Assembly: GCF_004010195.1 (NCBI RefSeq) | Contig: NC_057719.1 | Location: 94,319,893-94,353,419, forward strand | DNA from: Chiloscyllium plagiosum | Taxonomy: Eukaryota | DNA: 33,527 bases | Direction of reading: 5' to 3' | Part shown: one piece after another, positions 1 through 10,795 of the stretch | Layout: every line of letters begins with the position of its first letter | Position numbering within the stretch: position 1 is the stretch's first letter | The notes under the pieces: generated by a model | What the model saw: the letters and a program-made list of their open reading frames with translations, nothing else | Databases searched by the model: none | Told to the model about the DNA's origin: nothing | Made by a program: the position numbers and the translations under genes

Positions 1-384
1 TCGGAGGCTGAGGGGTGATCTTATTGAGGTTTACAAAATGATGAGGGGCATGGATAGGATAAATAGACAAAGTCTTTTCCCTGGGGTTGTGAGTCCAGAA
101 CTAGAGGGCATAGGTTTAGGGTGAGAGGGAAAAGATATAAAAGAGGGGCAACTTTTTCACGCAGAGGGTAGTACGTGTATGGAATGAGCTGCCAGAGGAT
201 GTGGTGAAGGCTAGTACAACTGCAACATTTAAGAGGCATCTAGATGGGTATATGAATAGGAAGGGTTTGGAGGGATATGGGCCGGGTGCTGGCAGGTGGG
301 ACTAGATTGGGTTGGGATATCTGGTTGGCATGGATGTGTTGGACCGAATGGTCTGTTTCCGTGCTGTACATCTCTATGACTCTA
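1..384 (+). mobile_element. CR1 LINE 3' end (ORF2 C-terminus and 3' UTR)
   Basis: Encodes RRLRGDLIEVYKMMRG... and later FFTQRVVRVWNELP, the CR1 ORF2 C-terminal signature. Ends in a CTATGACTCTAT-type tail. Confidence 0.9.
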
Positions 385-503
385 TCAGCATTAGTCAGGT
401 GTAAATATAGGGCAATAGAATAGGGAATGGGTCTGGGAGGGTCGGTGTGGACTTGTTGGGCCGAAGGGCTTGTTTCTACACAATAGGGATTCTGAGTTCT
501 AAG
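385..503 (+). mobile_element. HE1-type SINE 3' fragment
   Basis: GTGGACTTGTTGGGCCGAAGGGCTTGTTTC...GGGATTCT matches the 3' tail of the HE1 copies at 16035, 25081 and 29106. Confidence 0.7.
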
Positions 504-554
504 TAATGTCACATTACTTATCAAACATTACTTTGGAGCAATCAACAATAAAAT

Positions 555-665
555 GGTTGAGAGTGTAGTACTGGAAAAGCACAGCAGGTCAGGCATCATC
601 CGAGGAGCAGGAAAATCGACATTTCGGGCCGGAGCCCTCCAGCATCTGCAGACCTCACTTTCGCC
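555..665 (+). mobile_element. Short Penelope-derived insertion (inverted arm plus 3' tail)
   Basis: An antisense arm (CTGGAAAAGCACAGCAGGTCAGG...TTTCGGGCCGGAGCCC) is joined to the tail CCAGCATCTGCAGACCTCACTTT. Flanked by CAATAAAAT at 546-554 and 666-674. Confidence 0.8.
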
Positions 666-1252
666 CAATAAAATAGTCGAGTCTGCACGCAATACCTCTA
701 TGATGATTTTGAGTCCGCGATCATCATAAAGGGTGACTAAAAAGTAAGAATTTTAATTCAAAATAATTTTACTAAATTATGCAAATAATGTCTCTGGCTG
801 TCCTAGGCAGCATTCTTCTGCCTTGAACGGTATCTTTCTCAAATACATTTCCATCATGGGCCAATGGAGATTCAGAAACTGAAACATCTGGTCTAGGTGG
901 CCATCGCCTTTCAACTGTCGTTACTCTCCATACATCTTTCTTAAGGCTGAATTTCAAAAAGTCTCCTGCTGAACAGGATCCTTTATTCATTGGCTGTCGA
1001 GTCTAATTCATCAAACTAGCTCTGGTCATATTTTGGGCTGATTTTATAAATGGCGATCTCTCTTTGTGACCACAGCACATTTCCTCACCCCTTTTGCTTT
1101 CAGGTCACAGTCGGAGAATTTTGCTATCACTCCTTCAGTCAGTAAAGTTCATTACCTCACTGAACATCATCTTGAGCTCAAGGCCAATGCTTACCTCAAA
1201 TTGTTAAGACATCCTCTAATTTAGGGATTAGTTTCAGAATGCAATATTTCAC

Positions 1253-1428
1253 AAATAAAAACTGAAATTGTTGGAGAAACTCAGCATGATATTCAGAATC
1301 TTAAAAAGGTCACTGGACTCAAAACGTTAACTGTTTCTTCTCTAAATGGATACTGCCGGCTCTGTTGAGTTTCTCCAGCAATTCCTGTTTTTCGTACCGT
1401 TTTCCAGCATCTGCTGTTCTTAGTTCAT
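1253..1428 (+). mobile_element. Old palindromic Penelope-derived element (family C)
   Basis: Inverted arms GAAATTGTTGGAGAAACTCAGCA / TGTTGAGTTTCTCCAGCAATT, a decayed hammerhead core near 1300-1330, and tail TTCCAGCATCTGC. Confidence 0.7.
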
Positions 1429-2279
1429 TTCAGTATTTCGAAGTCCTTTCCCTTCTGAGTATTTCAGCACTTCAACTCACGTTTGCTGCCCCAATCTCCG
1501 ATGTTTTGGTCAACGTTACCTTTCTCTGTCCCCAATTGACTTTTCTTCACGACCTTTTCCCTCCCACGATCTCTCGGAAACTTGCTGTGCACGTGATTGT
1601 TTAACCCAGCAGAACCTTAGGTCCTGTTGAAACACTGATCGAGGACGGAACTAAAGTATTCCCTAATATGGATAGGAATAGTGACTACAGATGTTTCAAT
1701 ATCAAATTGCAAACCTTTGGTTTAAAAAATGTGAATATTGCTAGGCTGGATTACTGAATAAACAAAATATTCGTCCGCGTAATGGGAAGCGTAGTTTTCA
1801 ATGCTGGAGAGAAGCAGCGTATTAGCTTGATGGTTTTGGAGGCCTAATTTCTTGTCCTTGCCTTTATGTGGCACCGAGCTTTGAAGAGCCACAATCAGCA
1901 GCTCTTGGACAATGGAGACGCTATATTGAAAGACAGAGAGAGGCATGGTCAGCGTGTATTCTCGTCCCGACATGACAAATGAAACTGATATGAATATATT
2001 GGTCTACACGTAGATGAACTTTGCAATGTTATAACTGTTAACGCTATATTCTCGTTTAAACGGATACACTTTAAAAGATAATACGATCACCAAAGTCCTA
2101 AAACATAATTCGCCAAGTTACTATAATATCGAGCACTGTAAATAAACGTCACCTGCATGTAGAGGGTTGAAGTTCCTAAATATGATGAAATACAGAGTAC
2201 ATAAAATACAAAATTCAAAGTGCAAAGTATGAATCTGATAAAAAAAACCCTCCCCTTACAAGAATGTGAACTGGTGGGC

Positions 2280-2730
2280 TAGTTCTGCGTGAGATTAGGC
2301 GGAAGTGTTGTGTAGTGGGCGGTACTGGTAGTGGTGCGGACACACAGGACTTAGCGACAGCTCTGACAGAAATAGCCGAGCAGGATGACGGCATTTACAC
2401 ACATTGGGCTCTCGGCTTTCCTGCCGCTTTGAGCATCGCCAAAAAGAAACTCGAACCGTCTCGCTTTCAGGATTGCCCGCCAGAACGGGACAAAAGAAAC
2501 AAGCCCAGGTTCGGCTTTGTGTTGGCAGTGTCTACTTTTGGCAGCGCTGCTCTGGATCGCTGCGTTTGGAACTTTCACCGGGTCCGAGTCGAGCAGCCGG
2601 CGGGCGGAGGTTCGATCCCAGGCTCCAGCGGCAATGGGGCTCCCCACTCTGGAGTTTACCGATTGCTCCCTGGATAGCCCCGACTTCAGGGATCGTCTGA
2701 AAGCGCATGAGATCGAGCTGGAGCGGACCA
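2280..2730 (+). promoter_or_regulatory. CpG-island-like promoter / 5' UTR of ARHGAP42
   Basis: Marked CpG enrichment relative to the flanks. ETS/GABPA-type GCGGAAGTG at 2299-2307, GC boxes GGGCGG at 2317-2322 and 2602-2607. Overlaps the start codon. Confidence 0.75.
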
Positions 2731-2787
2731 ACAAATTCATTAAGGAACTGATAAAAGACGGGCTTCTGCTGATTAATGCATTGAAAA
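2634..2787 (+). CDS. ARHGAP42: Rho GTPase-activating protein 42 (GRAF3), first coding exon (N-terminal BAR domain), phase-1 donor
   Basis: [51 protein letters not shown] closely resembles the vertebrate ARHGAP42 N-terminus ([34 protein letters not shown]). Kozak context GCAATGG. 154 coding nt followed by the canonical donor GTAAGT at 2788. Paralogs ARHGAP26/ARHGAP10/OPHN1 are similar but fit less well. Confidence 0.9.
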
Positions 2788-3699
2788 GTAAGTGGATTGA
2801 TTTTTTTAAAAAATCGTTCGACTTTAAGACTGTGGGAAAGTTTGAATGAAAAGGAGAGAGCGCTCCTTGTGGCTGTCGTTAGTACATCCACTGAAATTGA
2901 CTTGAATCTTTCGAGGCTTGAGTAAATGTTTTCTAGGAATAAAATAAGCAACCTTTAGTCTGATCAATTTATAATTGTCATGTGACAAAATTTGTTATTG
3001 TTTGTAGGAATAATTGGAAAGCAACCATTCAGAGTTACGGTTGATTGTAGATAAGATGGAGGTTATTAATAAACTAGTTCAGATCTAGCGAGGACAAGGC
3101 TGAAAGTTACATCCACTCGTCCGGCATTTCAAGAGAGTAGCCGATGACTAGGGAGAGTTGATAACAAATAATGCTACTTTTACCTGCAAAAAAATCGCGG
3201 GAGCGTTAAAACCTGAACGACAGGAAACATTTTGGTTTTTTTACTGGAAGATGTATTAGGAAAGCATCTAGAAAATACAAGAAATAATATTAAATACTGT
3301 TTGTAAAGGGAAAGTGGTGCTTTATCTTTTATGTTTTTTGTATAAGTAACAGGCATGTTACTCATTGATGCATGTAGACTTGCAAATAGTACAACATAGT
3401 AGAATCATAATCAAGATTAGAGTATGTGGAAATGGAATAAACAGTGGATAACAAAATTGGCTAAAAACAGTTAATTAAGCTGGGAGAAGGTGAGAGGTGT
3501 TAATCTATAAAAAGAGCAGGTGCTTGGATCGCTGTTCATTATTTGCATAATTTTGTTCATGAATCAAAGTGTAACATCAAAATTTATGGTTAATATCAAA
3601 ATGGGGAAGACTGACTATGTCACAATATACTTGCAGAATCAGTGTGAGTTTGGGACAGGAACTTTTATGTAGAGACAGTGTGAGGTGGTGGATCTGGGA

Positions 3700-4270
3700 C
3701 AATAAGAATACAAGACTAAGGGGCAGAAGTAGGCCATTTGGCCCATCAAATCTGCCTCACTATCCAGTGAGATCATGATTGATTTGCTAATCCTTAATTC
3801 CACTTTCCTGCCTTTTCCCATTAATTTTTGATCCCCTTTCTGATTAATTATATACAGGCTCAGATAGATTTTTAATGACCCAGATTGTAAAGCCTCTGTG
3901 GTAAAGAATTCCACAGATTCACGACCCTTTTGAGAGAAGAGATTCCTCACTATCCCTATCCTAATAGAGTGATTTCCTTCCTCTGAGGTTACACCCTCTG
4001 GTTCTAGAGTTCCCTCAAGCCGAAATGACCTTTCCATATCTACCCTGTCAGGACCTCTAAGTATCTTATGTTTCAGTAGCGTTGCCACTCATTCTTCTAA
4101 ACTGCAGTCAGTACAAGCCCAACCTTTTCAACCTCTCCTCACAAGAAACTTCCTCCATGCTTGGAATCAGCCTAGTGAACCATCTCTGAAAAATAATAAG
4201 GGGACCAAAACTGCTCATATTGTTCTGTGTTTTTTAATGTGCCTTGCTTAGTTTTGGTAAAGACTTCCTT
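3700..4270 (-). mobile_element. Degenerate CR1/L2-group LINE 3' fragment
   Basis: The minus frame gives KHKILRGPDRVD...RNLFSQKGRESVEFFTTEA, a decayed version of FFSQRVVNLWNSLP. Same family as 12583, 16615 and 32835. Confidence 0.75.
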
Positions 4271-4959
4271 TTTTTATACTCTATTTCATTTTAATAGCTT
4301 TTTGCATCTGCTTTAATTTGCTGTCCAGTGATTGTATAAGACATCTGGATGAAATGTATGATTTTGCATGAAATTGTCTGAGTGATCTATTTCTGGATTT
4401 AGATATAATCAAGTTCATGAGGCTTAATCCACACTCAACCAGCAGTTGATGCCTGATATTCATAAGAATGGACTGTTCTTGAAACTGGTTGTCCTTTGCA
4501 GCATAGTTCACCAAATTGTTAAATATCTGAATTGAACTCTCTTGACCTTTTTCTACAGCCACAAACTTGAATTTGCAGTATTATTCAATAACATCCTACA
4601 TTGGTCTTTCTTCATAGTTTGGTATTTAAGTGGAATGTCTTCATATCACTCACACTGAAGACACTTCATCAGTGTACTCCATTGAGAGGTTGAGATAACA
4701 ATCTCCAACAAGAGAGAGTCTAACCATTGTCCCTTGACATTCAATGGCATTACTATCAGCACCATCAATCAACCATAGCAGGCTCAATGATCAGAGTATT
4801 GAAAAAGATCTTTGCAGTGCATGATTTTCAGAAGAATTTGTATTGAATGATGGACATCAGTTCCTGAATGAGGATTTCAGGAAGTTAACTTAGGGTTCAA
4901 GCATGAACAGGGTGACACTTTCATTCACAATTGATGGAAAGACAGAAAAATTCAGACTG

Positions 4960-5170
4960 GAAACTCTGACCTGGAAATACATCCCCATTCCTTCAGTGTC
5001 ACTGAGTCAATATCTTAAAGTTCCCTCCCTAAGGGCATTGTGGGTGTACCTACAGCACATGGACTGCAGCGGTTCAAGAAGGCAGCTCAACCCCCAACTT
5101 CTCAAGGGGCAATTAGGGACAGGCAATAAATACAGGCCCAGCCAGCGACACAGATATCGATGAGTAAAAA
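4960..5170 (+). mobile_element. LINE/SINE 3' tail fragment (shark L2/SacSINE-type tail)
   Basis: GGACTGCAGCGGTTCAAGAAGGCAGCTCA...CTTCTCAAGGGGCAATTAGGG...GGCCCAGCCAGCGAC resembles a common shark repeat tail (family from memory). A second copy of the terminus lies at about 5320-5365. Confidence 0.55.
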
Positions 5171-5479
5171 TTTTAAAAAGTCATTGGTGTACATGTTGAG
5201 GCCTGGAGTTTTGCAGATAAAATATTTCTGACCTACTTATACTTATTCTGCAGTTTAAGAATGAGGAGGCAGAGAAGAAATGGGTGATTACCAGGCAGTC
5301 AAGGAGGAGTGGGCAGGTAGGACAGGGCCCAGCCAGCAACACCCACATCTCATGAATGAATGAAAACTAAAATGCTGCTGCATCACACTCTGTGACTTTG
5401 GCAATTTTTTTGAGTTGTCCTGTCTTCACTTGCGACCTGTTGAAAATTCTATGCACTAATCTTAGAACTATTTCAATAT

Positions 5480-5714
5480 TCAAAGTTTGTGAGAAGATTT
5501 GTAGCTCGGGTGCTCATTGTTGTGGTTGTTTTCGCCGAGCTGGGAATTTGTGTTGCAGACGTTTCGTCCCCTGTCTAGGTGACATTTGTAGAAATGCCGG
5601 AGGAAAGATCACAGAAGCGCTTCACAGGAGGCTCCCAAGCACTGAGGATGTCACCTAGACAGGGGACGAAACGTCTGCAACACAAATTCCCAGCTCGGCG
5701 AACAGAACCACAAC
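5480..5714 (-). mobile_element. Palindromic Penelope-like insertion, family B, 14-bp TSD
   Basis: TSD AACTATTTCAATAT at 5466-5479 and 5715-5728. Inverted arms at about 5516-5585 and 5648-5714, with a ~36-nt unpaired tail at 5480-5515. Confidence 0.85.
5639..5678 (+). ncRNA. Minimal type I hammerhead ribozyme motif (PLE family B)
   Basis: GCA-CUGAGGA-U-GUCACCU(AGAC)AGGGGAC-GAAAC-GUC-UGC. The core is intact, helix I is GCA/UGC, helix II has one mismatch, and helix III is the loopless palindrome ACGU. Predicted cleavage after C5675. Confidence 0.75.
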
Positions 5715-5765
5715 AACTATTTCAATATCCTGCATAACCGAGAGCTGGTTCCAAGCATCACTTGG

Positions 5766-7168
5766 AGTCATAGAACATAGAACATTACAGAGCAGTACAG
5801 GCCCTTCAGCCCTTGATGTTGCGCCGACCTATGAATCCAATCTGAAGCCCATCTAACCTGCACTATTCCATTCTCATCCATATGCCTATCCAATGACCAT
5901 TTAAATGCCCGTAAAGTTGGCGAGTCTACAACTGTTGCAGGCAGTGTGTTCCACGCCCCTACTCTCTCTGAGTATAGAAACTATCTCCGACATCTCTCCT
6001 CTATCTATCACCCTCAATTTGAAGCTATGCCCCCTCATGCAAGCCATCACCATCCGAAGAAAAAGGCTGTCACTGTCCACCCGACCTAACCCTCTGATTA
6101 TCTCATATGTCTCAATTAAGTCACCTCTCAACCTTCTTCTCTCTAATGAAAACAGACTCAAGTCCCTCAACCTTTTCTCATAAGACTTTCCCTCCAGACC
6201 AGGCAACCTCCGAATAAATCTCCTCTGAACTCTTTCCAAAGCTTTCACGTCTTCCCCTAATGCAGTGGCCAGAACTGCATGCAATACTCCAAATGTGACT
6301 TCATCAGAGTTTCGTACAGCTGCAACATGACCCCGTGGTTCTGAAACTCAATCCCTTAAAAGCTTACACAACATGTGCATTCTTAACAGCCCTATCAACC
6401 TGGATGGCAACTTGGAGGGATGGACACTGAGATCTCTCTGCTTATCTACACTTCCAAGAATCTTACCATTCGCTCAGTACTCTGCATTCCTGTTACTCCT
6501 TCCAAAGTGAATCACCTCACACCTTTCTGCACTAAACTCCATTTGCCTCCTCTCAGCCCAGCTCTGCAGCCTATCTATTTCCCTCTGTAACCTACAACAT
6601 CCTTTAGCACTGTCCACAACTCCACCAACCTTAGTGTCGTCTGCAAATTTACCAACCTATCCTTCCTGAAGAAGGGCTTATGCCCGAAACGTCGATTCTC
6701 CTATTCCTTGGATGCTGCCTGACCTGCTGCGCTTTTCCAGCAACACATTTTTAAGCTCTGATCTCCAGCATCTGCAGTCCTCACTTTCTCCCAACCTATC
6801 CTTCTACACCCTCATCCAGGTCATTTATAAAAATGACAAACAGCAGTGACCCCAAAACAGATCCTTGAGGATGAACATTCCCATCTACCATCTCCCTCTG
6901 TCTTCTTTCAGTCAGCTAATTTCTGATCCAAACTGTTAAATCACCCTCAATCCCATGCCTCTGTATTTTGTGCAATAGCCTACCATGGGGAACCTTCTCA
7001 AATGCCTTACTGAAATCCATATACAGTACACCACATCAACGGCTTTACTCTCATCCACCTGTTTGGTCACCTTCTCAAAGAACTCAATAACATTTGTGAG
7101 GCACGACTCACCCTTCCAAAACCATGCTGACTATCCCATATCAACTTATTCCTATCGAGATGATTATA
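5766..7168 (-). mobile_element. CR1 LINE ORF2 RT / 3' end (host element, 3' part)
   Basis: Minus ORF with DVKALERVQRRF...SLERRRLRGDLIETY. The FADDTK region lies near 6640. (CATAGAA)n tail at about 5770. Confidence 0.9.
6666..6790 (+). mobile_element. Short Penelope-derived insertion (family A, single arm) with hammerhead motif, 14-bp TSD
   Basis: TSD CCAACCTATCCTTC at 6652-6665 and 6791-6804. Begins CTGAAGA-A-GGGC-TTAT-GCCC-GAAAC-GTC (6666-6693). Confidence 0.88.
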
Positions 7169-7178
7169 TGCGTATGTG

Positions 7179-8880
7179 CCAGAAGGCATTTTATGCGTAT
7201 GTGAGAAACCTGAGAATGATGAGAACGAGGGTAGGTCCGATCAAGGACAGTAGTGGGAGACTGTGTATTGAGTCGGAAGAGATAGGAGAGGTCTTGAACA
7301 AGTACTTCTCTTCAGTATTTACGAACGAGAGGGACCGTATTGTAGAAGAGGAGAGTGTGAAATGGACTGGTAAGCTAGAAGAGATACCTGTTAGGAAGGA
7401 AGATGTGTTGGACATTTTGAACAACTTGAGGATAGACAAGTCCCCCGGGCCTGACGGGATATATCCTAGGATTATGTGGGAAGCAAGAGAGGAAATTGCA
7501 GTACCGTTGGCAATGATCTTCTCGTCTTCACTGGCAACGGGGGTGGTACCAGGGGACTGGAGAGTAGCGAATGTTGTGACCCTGTTCAAAAAAGGGAATA
7601 GGGATAACCCCGGGAATTACAGGCCTGTTAGTCTTACTTCTATGGTAGGCAAAATAATGGAAAGGGTACTGAGGGATAGGATTTATGAGTATCTGGAAAG
7701 ACACTGCTTGATTAGGGACAGCCAGCACGGATTTGTGAAGGGTAGGTCTTGCCTTACAAGTCTTATTGAATTCCACATGGTAGGCTATTGCGGAAAGTCA
7801 GGAGGCATGGGATAGAGGGAAATTTGGCCAATTGGATAGAAAACTGGCTAACCGGTCGAAGGCAGAGAGTGGTGGTAGATGGTAAATATTCAGCCTGGAG
7901 CCCAGTTACAAGTGGAGTTCCGCAGGGATCAGTTCTGGGTCCTCTGCTGTTTGTAATTTTTATTAATGACTTAGATGAGGGAGTCGAAGGGTGGGTCAGT
8001 AAATTTGCAGATGATACGAAGATAGGTGGAGTTGTGGACAGTGAGGAGGGCTGTTGTCGGCTGCAGAGGGACTTAGATATGATGCAGAGCTGGGCTGAGG
8101 AGTGGCAGATGGAGTTCAACCCTGCCAAGTGTGAGGTTGTCCATTTTGGAAGAACAAATAAGAATGCGGAATTCAGGGTTAATGGTAGGGTTCTTAGTCA
8201 GGTGGAGGAACAGAGGGATCTTGGGGTCTATGTACATAGATCTTTGAAGGTTGCCACTCAGGTGGATAGAGTTTGTAAGAAGGCCTATGAGTATTATCGT
8301 TCATTAGCAGAGGGATTGAATTCAAGAGTCGTGAAGTGATGTTGCAGCTGTACAGGACTTTGGTTAGGCCACAGTTGGAGTACTGTGTGCAGTTCTGGTC
8401 GCCTCACTTTAGGAAAGATGTGGAAGCTTTGGAGAGGGTGCAGAGAAGGTTTACCAGGATGTTGCCTGGAATGGAGAGGAAGTCGTACGCGGATAGGTTG
8501 AGAGTTCTCGGCCTTTTCTCGTTGGAACGGCGAAGGATGAGGGGTGACTTGATAGGGGTTTATAAGATGATCAGAGGAATAGATAGAGTAGACAGTCAGA
8601 AACTTTTTCCCTGGGTACAACAGAGTGTTACAAGGGGACATAAATTTAAGGTGAAGGGTGGAAGGTATAGGGGAGATGTCAGGGGTGGGTTCTTTACCCA
8701 GAGAGTGGTGGGGGCATGGAATGCGCTGCCCGTGGGAGTGGTAGAGTCGGAATCATTGGCGACCTTTAAGCGGCATTTGGATAGGTACATGGATGGGTAC
8801 TTAATCTAGGTTAGAAGTTCGGCACAACGTCGTGGGCCGAAGGGCCTGTTCTGTGCTGTATTGTTCTATGTTCTATGTTC
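7179..8880 (+). mobile_element. Young 5'-truncated CR1 LINE (ORF2 RT domain) inserted into an older antisense CR1
   Basis: KSPGPDGIYPR, NYRPVSLTS, QHGF, GVPQGSVLGPLLF, FADDTK and FFTQRVVGAWNALP motifs, with a (CTATGTT)n tail. Internal deletion at about 7773 and a frameshift at about 8290. Confidence 0.95.
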
Positions 8881-9292
8881 TAAATCCTGTCTCTTATAAC
8901 CTTTACCAACGCTTTACCCACGACCAAAGTAAGGCTCACTGGTCTGTAATTACCAGGGTTGTCTCTACTCCCTTTCTTGAACAAGGGAACAACATTTACT
9001 TTCCTCCAGTTTTCTGGCACTACTCCTGTAGACATTGACGACATAAAGATCAAAGCCAAAGGCTCTGCAATCTCCTCCCTTACTTCCCAGAGAATCCTAG
9101 GATAAATCCCATACAGCCCAAGGGATTTATCTATTTTTACACTTTCCAGAATTTTAACACCGCCTCCTTGTGAACCTCAATCCCACCTAGTCTAGTAGTC
9201 TATTTCTCAGTATACTCCTCGACAACGTTGTCTTTTTCCAGTGTGAATACTGGCGAAAAATATTCATTTAGCACTTCTCCATCTCCTCTGTC
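8881..9292 (-). mobile_element. Continuation of the antisense CR1 interrupted at 7168
   Basis: The reverse complement encodes NYRPVSLTLVV, LFKKG and DKSLG motifs. It joins ...GATTATA to AATCCTG... across the insertion. Confidence 0.85.
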
Positions 9293-9299
9293 TTCACAC

Positions 9300-9600
9300 T
9301 AGAGATGTACAGCATGAAAACAGACCCTTTAGTCCAACTCATCCGTGCCGACCAAATTAATCTGGTCCTATTTCTCAGCAGTTGGCCCATATTCCTCCAA
9401 ACATTTCCTATTCATGTACCCATCCAGATGCCTTTTACATGTTGTAATTGTACCAGCCTCCATCACGTCCTCTGACAGCTCATTCCTTTTAAATGTTTCC
9501 CTTCTCACTCTAAACCTATGCCCTCTAGTTCTGGACTCCTCACCCCTGGAATGAGCTTGTCTGTGTCCCTTATGATTTTAAAGCCTTTGGTAAGGTTACT
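9300..9600 (-). mobile_element. CR1 3' fragment (family of 1-384)
   Basis: AGAGATGTACAGCATGAAAACAGACC...CTAAACCTATGCCCTCTAGTTCTGGACTC is the reverse complement of segments of 1-384. Confidence 0.8.
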
Positions 9601-9960
9601 TACTCCAAGATTTGTTCTGTGAATTTGATTTCACATTTCAACATTGCTGCTGTTTCATTTTTCTTTTCCAACCATAATAGAAGATCTGTGTGATGTAAAC
9701 CACCATTTTTTTCAAAATGAAAGTTTCTGCTAACTAATTGCTTGACTGCTGTACAATGCTGTTACAAACAGTTTCAAAATTGTTGCAATAACAATCTTGG
9801 TTAAAAAGATTCACTGAAATGTCTGTACTTCTGTCAGATATTAGTGTGTGAAAATTAATTTTGCTCAATTGACCCAAAAACTGATTCTCTGTGACAAAGT
9901 TAATTCACTCTACAAGTTCAAATAACTCTTGCTTAACCAGCTATCAGTAATTGTTGTATA

Positions 9961-10141
9961 TTTTGGATTAGTGGTGCTGGAAGAGCACAGCAGTTCAGGC
10001 AGCATCGAAGGAGCAGCAAAATCGACGTTTCGGGCAAATGCCCTTCATCAGGAATAAAGGATGCTGCCTGAACTGCTGTGCTCTTCCAGCACCATTAATC
10101 CAAAATCTGGTTTCCAGCATCTGCAGTCATTGTTTTTACCT
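9961..10141 (+). mobile_element. Palindromic Penelope-derived insertion (family A), 15-bp TSD
   Basis: TSD AGTAATTGTTGTATA at 9946-9960 and 10142-10156. Inverted arms, a minus-strand hammerhead core at 10024-10051, and a 36-nt tail at 10106-10141. Confidence 0.9.
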
Positions 10142-10492
10142 AGTAATTGTTGTATAACTTTTCTACATGAATGCGAATGTCTCACATCAAAAGCATAGAT
10201 GCATTAATCTTTATTGCAATTATGACATTATCACTTAGAACTTCCACCTTATCCTAACTGGTTCTTTTGTGCTCTTTAAACTCTACCTTCCTCCCACGAT
10301 CTCCTGGTGCTTCGGTAATCATTTGTGAAATTCCATTTTCTTTGTGGTTTCGTAACCTACTAATAAAATCCATGTGCATATGATTTTTTGGTTCAAATGC
10401 CACTTCACGTAGGCCAATATCCATCCATAACACTTTGTTCCAGTACTGACCTTGCCTTCAGCATTTGCTTTGGTGCAAATAGTGTATAAGGT

Positions 10493-10795
10493 ATTGGATG
10501 TGAAGCTGGAAAAGCACAGCAGGTCAGACAGCATCCGAGGAGCAGCAAAGTCAATGTTTCAGGCCGAAATCCTTCATTAAGATGGGGGAGGGGTGGGAAA
10601 CCAAAAGTAAATAGTGGGAGGAGGTTGGGGCTGTGGAAAGGGTAGTTGGGATGGTGATAGGTGGATGCAGATAGGTCAATGGAAAGGGTGGGCAGAGTGG
10701 GAAGGGTCGAATCACATTAACCCCGACTTGCATCCATTTAACACCATGCTACCTACTCTGATCCCAGCCTCCCCATTTATTTCTGGGCTGCCCTT
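10493..10795. mobile_element. Older Penelope pLTR fragment with inversion
   Basis: An antisense arm (GCTGGAAAAGCACAGCAGGTCAG, decayed hammerhead, G-rich tract) is followed by a C-rich sense portion resembling 30330-30470. Confidence 0.65.

Noticed and set aside
772..990. 72-aa minus-strand ORF (also 1722-1973) as a divergent gene exon
   Set aside because: No recognisable homology or convincing splice sites. A divergent lncRNA cannot be excluded without RNA data.
2517..2849. 110-aa ORF as a complete gene
   Set aside because: Similarity to ARHGAP42 starts at ATG 2634 and ends at the GTAAGT donor. The remainder is UTR and intron read-through.
6985..7815. 276-aa ORF as a novel protein
   Set aside because: It is a chimera of antisense CR1 sequence and the inserted CR1 ORF2 fragment.
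9961..10141. Hairpin elements as MITEs/DNA transposons or pre-miRNAs
   Set aside because: The asymmetric tail, variable inner junctions, hammerhead motif and physical link to a GIY-YIG ORF indicate a Penelope origin.
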